A DNA stretch of 64,000 bases from Desulfatiglandales bacterium. GTDB taxonomy: Bacteria; Desulfobacterota; DSM-4660; Desulfatiglandales; HGW-15. The notes beneath the pieces are model-generated. The model saw only the letters and a list, made by a program, of their open reading frames with translations. It made no database searches and was not told the origin of the DNA. Below are positions 57,715-64,000 of this stretch, in pieces. How positions within the stretch are numbered: position 1 is the stretch's first letter; the number at the start of each line of letters is the position of its first letter. The DNA is taken from contig CAXXJJ010000001.1 of NCBI GenBank assembly GCA_963667015.2, positions 640,001 to 704,000 of the forward strand, read 5' to 3'. Position numbers and translations under genes: made by a program.

Positions 57715-59202
57715 ATGAATAATTACAATATAAATATCGTAGGTCATAATGGACTTTCCTACAAACTACCCAAAGGTATAACCTTTACCGAAAAAGAATC
57801 TACTCTTTATCTGATTCGTAAAAATCCACTCACGACTATTACCTTGAATCCTATATGGAAATCCGCCCTTGAGCTGTTGAACCAAGATGAATTTGTTCCG
57901 TTTGACCGGATATGTACCCTTGTAAATACGGATCCCGAGAAAACAGAAATCTATCTCAACATGCTTGTGCGAAAGGGTTTTCTGGAGAGCCGAGGATACA
58001 GGGAGCCTTCTGAATATCCATTTGTAACCATTATTGTTCCGGTTCGAAACCGGCCTGATGAGATATTCCATTGTCTTGCATCCCTTGCAGAGCTTGATTA
58101 CCCGCCTGATAAATTAGAAATATTTGTGGTAGATGACGCATCTGATGATAATACCGCGGAAGTTGTTTCAGGCTTTCCGGTGAGGCTGATAAAAAATTCA
58201 GAAAGAATGCAGGCCTCCTGTTCCAGAAACCTGGCGGCAAGTGAGGCAAGGGGAGATATCCTTGCCTTTATTGATTCTGACTGTGCGGCGCACTCTTTGT
58301 GGCTCAAGGAGCTTGTCCCAGCCTTTAATGATGAGTCCAACGGTGCAGCCGGGGGTAAGGTTGATTCCTGGTTTGATAAAAAGGCACTGGACCGGTATGA
58401 AAAAGTGGCATCTTCTCTCAATATGGGCGTGTGTTCTAAAAGCTCAAAGGAAGAAGGCAGTTTTTTTTATCTCCCGACCTGTAATCTTCTCGTTAAAAAG
58501 GAGATTTTTCTGAAACTGGGCGGATTCAATATAGATATGACTGTGGGGGAGGATGTGGATCTATGCTGGAGAGTGAAAAACAGCGGATATGAAATAGAAT
58601 ACAGACCTGCAGGTGTTGTTTTTCATAAACATAGAAATAAAATTTCGGCATTTTTTCTCCGCAGGCTGCAATATGGGACATCCGAGCCATTCCTTCAGAA
58701 AAAGCACCCTGATCGATTCAAAAAGATGTTTTACATGCCTCTGACCATACTGCAGTGGGTTATAGTGGCTGCCGCCCTGTTAACAGGCCAATACTTCCTT
58801 CTACTGTTATGTGGTATTCTTCTTTTTATTGATACACATACAAAATGGCGGCAGGTTAAAGAAAAGGAGCTTCCCATAAAATACAGCCAGGTTCTATCGG
58901 CTGTTTTCAGGGGATATTTTGTGTCCATCTATTACTGGTGTGCCTTTTTTTCAAGGTATTACCTTGTTATGGCGTTTTTATTCTTTCCACTGATCCCGAA
59001 GTTATGCCTCATTCTCCTTATCAATCATTTTATCGTATCCCTATGCGAGTTTTTTTTGAAAAAACCTTTATCGAATATCTTTGTCTTTATATTTTTTTTC
59101 AGCATCGATCAGGTGGCCTATCAGGTGGGGGTTTGGTACGGGTGCTTCAGATATGCCGCCTTTAATCCGGTGAACCCGAAGATAACAAGGTGGATATCAT
59201 GA
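57715..59202 (+). CDS. mftF: Mycofactocin glycosyltransferase (GT2)
   Basis: VTIIVPVRNR, VVDDASDD, FIDSDC, RYE..SSLNMG, YLPTCNL, GEDVDLCWR, YGTSE, C-terminal TMs. Confidence 0.88.
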   Translation: MNNYNINIVGHNGLSYKLPKGITFTEKESTLYLIRKNPLTTITLNPIWKSALELLNQDEFVPFDRICTLVNTDPEKTEIYLNMLVRKGFLESRGYREPSEYPFVTIIVPVRNRPDEIFHCLASLAELDYPPDKLEIFVVDDASDDNTAEVVSGFPVRLIKNSERMQASCSRNLAASEARGDILAFIDSDCAAHSLWLKELVPAFNDESNGAAGGKVDSWFDKKALDRYEKVASSLNMGVCSKSSKEEGSFFYLPTCNLLVKKEIFLKLGGFNIDMTVGEDVDLCWRVKNSGYEIEYRPAGVVFHKHRNKISAFFLRRLQYGTSEPFLQKKHPDRFKKMFYMPLTILQWVIVAAALLTGQYFLLLLCGILLFIDTHTKWRQVKEKELPIKYSQVLSAVFRGYFVSIYYWCAFFSRYYLVMAFLFFPLIPKLCLILLINHFIVSLCEFFLKKPLSNIFVFIFFFSIDQVAYQVGVWYGCFRYAAFNPVNPKITRWIS

Positions 59203-60344
59203 CAGATATGTCCAGGTTAGAAATCGCTGCAAAACTCCTTTTTAACGGCCTGCGCTACAGGTGCAAAAAAATAACAGGCAGGCCCGAAAAGCCACAGGCA
59301 TTGAGCCTTGAGATAACCCACAAATGCATAGCAAGGTGTATAATGTGCAATATCTGGAGGATCCCCTGGGACGAACCGGAGCTGTCAGCCGATGAGTGGC
59401 TTAAGTTATTGTCAGATAACATATTCTCTGATCTAAGGGAACTTGATATAACCGGCGGCGAGCCTTTTTTACTTGATGATATTGACTATCTGTTTTCAGG
59501 GATCGCCAGGCTGAAGAGTAAAAATTTGAAAAATCTTCGATCGGTTGCTGTTACAACAAATGGTTTTTTGACCGCCAGGGTACTGGAAAAAACAGAGATA
59601 ATCCTCAGGCAGTTTAAAGAAGCTGGTCTTGATCTGGTTATCGTGTGTGCCATGGATGCTGTCGGTGATATACATGAGCAGATCAGAAATGTTAAAGATG
59701 CATGGCAGAAGGTGAACAATACCATAAAAGGGTTATTAAAACTCAGGGATAAGTATCCGAATCTTATTACAGGTATTAAAACAACAATACTGCCCATAAA
59801 CATAGATGAACTTGAAGATATCTCACAATATGCAGAGGAAAGGGGTTTGTTCACTATAATATCCCCCTGCATTATTACCGGAGCAAGGTATCTGAATCTG
59901 GACACAAAGAATAATCATACCTTCTCAGATGATGACAGGGAGAAGATGATCAGGTTCTTTAAAGGCAGTCGTTTTAAATGGAGTTTTCATGCTGAGAGCC
60001 TGGCAGAATACTTTGAAACCGGGCGTATTAAAAAACCATGTTCCTGCGGGTTTAATTATTTTTTTATCAGGAGCAGCGGGGATCTTTTTCCATGTCCTTT
60101 AATCGATAGCTGTATTGGCAATATCAGGGTAAAACCGCTTAAAGACCTTTTCTCATCTCATTATGCCCGAAAAATACGCAAAAAGCTGGGTAGATTTCCT
60201 GAATGCAGGGATTGTACAGAGCCCGGACTTGAGCGCTATGCGCTCCCCTGTGAAGGATTTATGTATTTAAACCTGCTGCTTAAAAATAACAAAAATGATT
60301 TTATTGAACTTCACAATCACCTCGGTCTGGATAAATATTTTTAA
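59190..60344 (+). CDS. Radical SAM protein with SPASM/twitch-like C-terminus
   Basis: CIARCIMC, TGGEPF, CSCG..FPC..CRDC. Overlaps the mftF stop. Confidence 0.9.
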   Translation: MDIMTDMSRLEIAAKLLFNGLRYRCKKITGRPEKPQALSLEITHKCIARCIMCNIWRIPWDEPELSADEWLKLLSDNIFSDLRELDITGGEPFLLDDIDYLFSGIARLKSKNLKNLRSVAVTTNGFLTARVLEKTEIILRQFKEAGLDLVIVCAMDAVGDIHEQIRNVKDAWQKVNNTIKGLLKLRDKYPNLITGIKTTILPINIDELEDISQYAEERGLFTIISPCIITGARYLNLDTKNNHTFSDDDREKMIRFFKGSRFKWSFHAESLAEYFETGRIKKPCSCGFNYFFIRSSGDLFPCPLIDSCIGNIRVKPLKDLFSSHYARKIRKKLGRFPECRDCTEPGLERYALPCEGFMYLNLLLKNNKNDFIELHNHLGLDKYF

Positions 60345-60883
60345 CCCTCATAATATTTTGAATAACCCGGATTTAAAGGGTTTTTAATGTCTTAAAATAA
60401 CTTATTTTTTTCTTGATTTTTAAACAATTTGGTTTTAGGATCAAAACAAAAATAGTATTGCTACGAAAACTAAATTGTGGCGAATTAGCTCTCCCTCATT
60501 CTGATTGTCATGTAAATTTACTGCGAAAAAAGCTCTCGTGACGATTGGCTGCAATTTTAAAACTGATTGGTATTAAGTTTTAAAGTCTTTAATTTTTACA
60601 ACAGAAAAACTGTCTTACAGAAGTAAATTGGTAGTTAGATCGATAAATTATTAAGAATATTATCACAATGTTACTGATTTCATCTGAATTATAAAGAAAA
60701 GTGCTTTTGAACTCTGGTTAAGAAAGTTGTTTCAATTTTTTTACGTGTTTGCAGCGAATGATTTACGCATGATTATAGCTTTTTATATGGTCGCATATGA
60801 ATGGTTATTAAGGTGAGAATATAAGTTTTCAAAAGGTATATTCTTATCTTTTTAATGTAAACATTTTAAACACAGGAGGAATT

Positions 60884-63800
60884 ATGGGAGGAAAAAGTGG
60901 GTTATTGTTTAAATTATGGATTTTTAGTGTATTACTAATCTTTATTTCATCAGCACTGGTTATTTCAGGTCCGGTATTTGCCCAGGATGACCAGGAAGAG
61001 TTCACACTTGAAGAAATCGTTGTTACAGGTTCACGTATCGCACGTAACAACAATGATGCAACCAGCCCGATTGTAACAGTTGACGAGAGTATGTTTGATC
61101 AGGCGTCAACATCATCGATCGAGACACAACTTAACAAACTGCCGCAGTTCACCCCGACAATGGACGTTCCGCAGGTTGCAGGCCAGGATATTCAGCCAAC
61201 TGCAACAAACACACCTGGTGAAGCAACTGTTTCACTTCGCGGTATCGGTTCCAACCGCACACTCGTACTCATTAATGGCCGACGCGGTACGCCGTCGAAC
61301 GCCATGGGGGTTCTGGATATCAATACGATCCCGACGGGTGCTATTCAGTATGTTGAAACCATTTCCGGCGGCGCATCCTCAACCTACGGTGCCGATGCTA
61401 TGGCTGGTGTTCTCAACTTTATCATGAAGGACAGGTTTGAAGGATTTGAGATTGATCTCAATGGGAGCATAACCCAGGAAGGAGATAATGAAGAATATAC
61501 GGTCTCCGGCGTTATGGGAACCAATTTTGCCGACGACCGCGGCAATATCATGATGGCATTTGCTTACAACGATCGTAAGGGCGTACATCAGCGTGACCGT
61601 TCATGGTTCAGAGACAACTGGCGTAATCCTGAAATAAGTGGTACACAATTCTTTGCTCCGCTTTCCGGTTTTAGTTTAGGATACAGCAATCTTCCCGATG
61701 TGGACACGATGAATTCTGTGCTTGACGGCGCAACTTTCACAGCTCCGCCTGCTGGCGTAACAATCTATTACGATCCGGTTTCTGACAGTGCTGTTACCGG
61801 TTTTGAAGCAGCCAGTATTCCGGGTATATCCTCTGCAGAAGCTGCAGGTATCGTTGACGGATATAATATCAAACTGCTTAACAGCGGAAATCTTTCATCC
61901 AATAATACCAGAACCTGGCTGATCTTTCCCCTGGAACGTTATAATTTCTATACCCAGGGTAACTACGAGATCAACGACCATGTTGGTGTATTCGGACAGG
62001 CTTACTTCAGCAAGACCAGGGCCACAACAATCCAGGAACCTGGCGTATTAAGCGGCGGCTGGACTGTTACTATAGATCCCACTATTAACCGCAATTCGAT
62101 TCCTACCGAGATCCTGACACTTCTTGATGCAAGAAGAAGGTCTGTTAGGCCAGGTGAGGAAGGATATATTACTCCTACTGAAGAAGTGCCAAATCCCGTT
62201 CAGCCTACAGTATCCGGTGCTGATGAGACTTTCGATTTTGGACCGGCCCTTCTGTCCGAGCCTCGTGTTGGTAATACAGACACATTTACCTTTAACATGA
62301 CCGCAGGCATCGAGGGTGATATTCCCGGAATCGATTGGACCTATGAAGTATTTATTTCTCATGGTGAGGCAGAGACCACCTCAAATATGACTGGTTTTTA
62401 TTCTCTGGAACGTATGAGGGCGATCATGACCCTGCCTGATTTCGGTGCTGGAGCTGAAATTACAGGTAATGAAGAGTATAATAACTTCGGAGCAGCAACA
62501 GCCACATGTGCCAGCGGTATAAATCCCTATGACTGGGCATCTGTAACACAGGATTGCTGGGATGCCGTATCAGCCCCTGTCAAGAGCAGGCAGATAATGG
62601 AGCAGACCATATGGGAAGCAAACACACAGGGTCCTATTGCTGATCTGCCCATGGGTGAGATGCGCGGCGCAGCTGGTATCAGCCGTCGTGAGAACAATTA
62701 TGAATTTCTCAGCGATAATGTAAACACTCAGGGAAGATCTTTTAACGATCAGATCCTGGGGCTCTATCCTGCAGGCGAATCAAGAGGAAAAATTGTAGCT
62801 GAAGAAGCCTACGCAGAACTTCTTGTTCCGGTGCTGAGGGACCTTCCTTTCGTAAAACAACTCGAATTTAACCTTGGTGGACGTCGTTCGGATTATAATA
62901 CGACCGGTGTCAGCTATACATACAAGGCTGAACTTAACTGGAGGACTACAGATTTCCTTCGTTTCCGCGGCGGTTACAACCGTGCGGAACGTGCTCCTAA
63001 CATTGCCGAGCTGTATCTCGCCCGGACATCGACATTCGGAGCTATGAGCAATGGCGACGCCTGTTCCATGAAGAACCGTTTGTCCTATTCTGCAAATCCT
63101 GTATACAACGATGACTGGGCAGATATTGTCAACCTTTGCAGCGGCATGATGAACGAACAGTCTCTCGCAGATGATGATCCTGATTATGAATTCTATGGGG
63201 CACAGGCAGCCGATATTATAGCCTATGGTAACGCAAATCCTGTACCTACAGATGCGGCAGGAAAAGAAGCCTATGTTACTGCCATGCGCGATGCATTAGG
63301 CATTACAGTTGCCGACTGGGATCAGCAGCCTAACCCGGGATTTGGGTGGATATGGCCTGTGGATGTAGGTAATCCGACTCTTACACCGGAAACTGCCGAT
63401 ACCTGGACCTTTGGATTTGTACTGGATTCCTTTGTTGAAAATATTCCGGCGCTTATGGACTGGAGAGTTTCACTCGACTACTATTCCATTGAAATCGAAG
63501 ATGCAATCGGTCTGCAGACTGGTGATGTTGTGGTACAGCAGTGTCTTGATCCTACATTTAACCCGACAGCTGATTATACCTCTTCCTTTTGTGATGGCTA
63601 CAAACGCAATCCTGAAACAGGCGCCCTGGCCACTTTAGAGCGTACATATTTTAATAACGGCCGTTTCAAGACCTCGGGTATCGATATGCAGATTAACTGG
63701 GGCATGGAGGCAGGACCGGGACGCGTTAGTGTAAGCACACTTATTAACTATCTGCTTAAAATGGAATCATCTGAGCTTCCTACCAACCCGCTGGTTGATT

Positions 63801-64000
63801 ATGTCGGCACATTTGGTCCGAGTGGAAACGGGCTTAATGGTAACAGCTTTGAATGGCGTGCACTGACCACGATTACTTATTCCATGAGCGACTGGGATGT
63901 TTCTTTCAGATGGCAGTATATGGATAAGCTTGAACAGACAAGCGGGACCAATACTCCCCTGCCAGCATACAACATGTTTGATCTGATGGGTAACTACAGG
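60884..64000 (+). CDS. TonB-dependent receptor (3'-truncated by window edge), not in ORF track
   Basis: AGGAGG then ATG at 60884. Signal peptide ..VFA-QD, TonB box LEEIVVTGSRI, plug motifs LRGIGSNRTLVLINGRR and GGASSTYGADAMAGVLNFI, RAPNIAELY. Confidence 0.93.
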   Translation, partial: MGGKSGLLFKLWIFSVLLIFISSALVISGPVFAQDDQEEFTLEEIVVTGSRIARNNNDATSPIVTVDESMFDQASTSSIETQLNKLPQFTPTMDVPQVAGQDIQPTATNTPGEATVSLRGIGSNRTLVLINGRRGTPSNAMGVLDINTIPTGAIQYVETISGGASSTYGADAMAGVLNFIMKDRFEGFEIDLNGSITQEGDNEEYTVSGVMGTNFADDRGNIMMAFAYNDRKGVHQRDRSWFRDNWRNPEISGTQFFAPLSGFSLGYSNLPDVDTMNSVLDGATFTAPPAGVTIYYDPVSDSAVTGFEAASIPGISSAEAAGIVDGYNIKLLNSGNLSSNNTRTWLIFPLERYNFYTQGNYEINDHVGVFGQAYFSKTRATTIQEPGVLSGGWTVTIDPTINRNSIPTEILTLLDARRRSVRPGEEGYITPTEEVPNPVQPTVSGADETFDFGPALLSEPRVGNTDTFTFNMTAGIEGDIPGIDWTYEVFISHGEAETTSNMTGFYSLERMRAIMTLPDFGAGAEITGNEEYNNFGAATATCASGINPYDWASVTQDCWDAVSAPVKSRQIMEQTIWEANTQGPIADLPMGEMRGAAGISRRENNYEFLSDNVNTQGRSFNDQILGLYPAGESRGKIVAEEAYAELLVPVLRDLPFVKQLEFNLGGRRSDYNTTGVSYTYKAELNWRTTDFLRFRGGYNRAERAPNIAELYLARTSTFGAMSNGDACSMKNRLSYSANPVYNDDWADIVNLCSGMMNEQSLADDDPDYEFYGAQAADIIAYGNANPVPTDAAGKEAYVTAMRDALGITVADWDQQPNPGFGWIWPVDVGNPTLTPETADTWTFGFVLDSFVENIPALMDWRVSLDYYSIEIEDAIGLQTGDVVVQQCLDPTFNPTADYTSSFCDGYKRNPETGALATLERTYFNNGRFKTSGIDMQINWGMEAGPGRVSVSTLINYLLKMESSELPTNPLVDYVGTFGPSGNGLNGNSFEWRALTTITYSMSDWDVSFRWQYMDKLEQTSGTNTPLPAYNMFDLMGNYR

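Noticed and set aside
61080..63638. Short ORFs listed in the last 3 kb
   Set aside because: All overlap the TonB-dependent receptor frame that starts at 60884.

Overview
About 64 kb of a bacterial chromosome, probably from an anaerobic Desulfobacterota-like organism (inferred from gene content only). There are four regions. (1) 1-3.7 kb is core: Xaa-Pro peptidase, xerD, a PAS histidine kinase and initiator tRNA-Met. (2) 3.6-13.9 kb is an AT-rich accessory zone. The 3' half of the tRNA-Met recurs at 5293 and, degenerately, at 12272, defining tandem integrase-less islets. These carry two PEP-CTERM surface-protein genes with the same enhancer/sigma-54/terminator layout, an intact AbiE-type TA pair, decayed hipA, hicB and MCP remnants, a group II intron 5' fragment among REP-like repeats, and two cupin-like paralogs. 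(3) 14-38 kb holds mixed genes: signalling proteins, ppiD, an atypical hisD paralog, purB, GH3, a diguanylate cyclase, LOG, pepF, Rrf2-cydAB, mtdA and a PrpD-family gene. (4) 38.6-64 kb holds a TetR-led acyl-CoA catabolic operon followed by a variant mycofactocin locus. That locus has a 47-aa precursor ending IDGICGVY (absent from the ORF track), mftB, mftC, two OYE/FadH flavoenzymes, EtfA, a heptaheme cytochrome, an ETF:quinone oxidoreductase-like protein, EtfB, two extra radical SAM enzymes and mftF, but no mftD or mftE. A TonB-dependent receptor runs off the end. All family assignments come from motif recognition; no searches were run.
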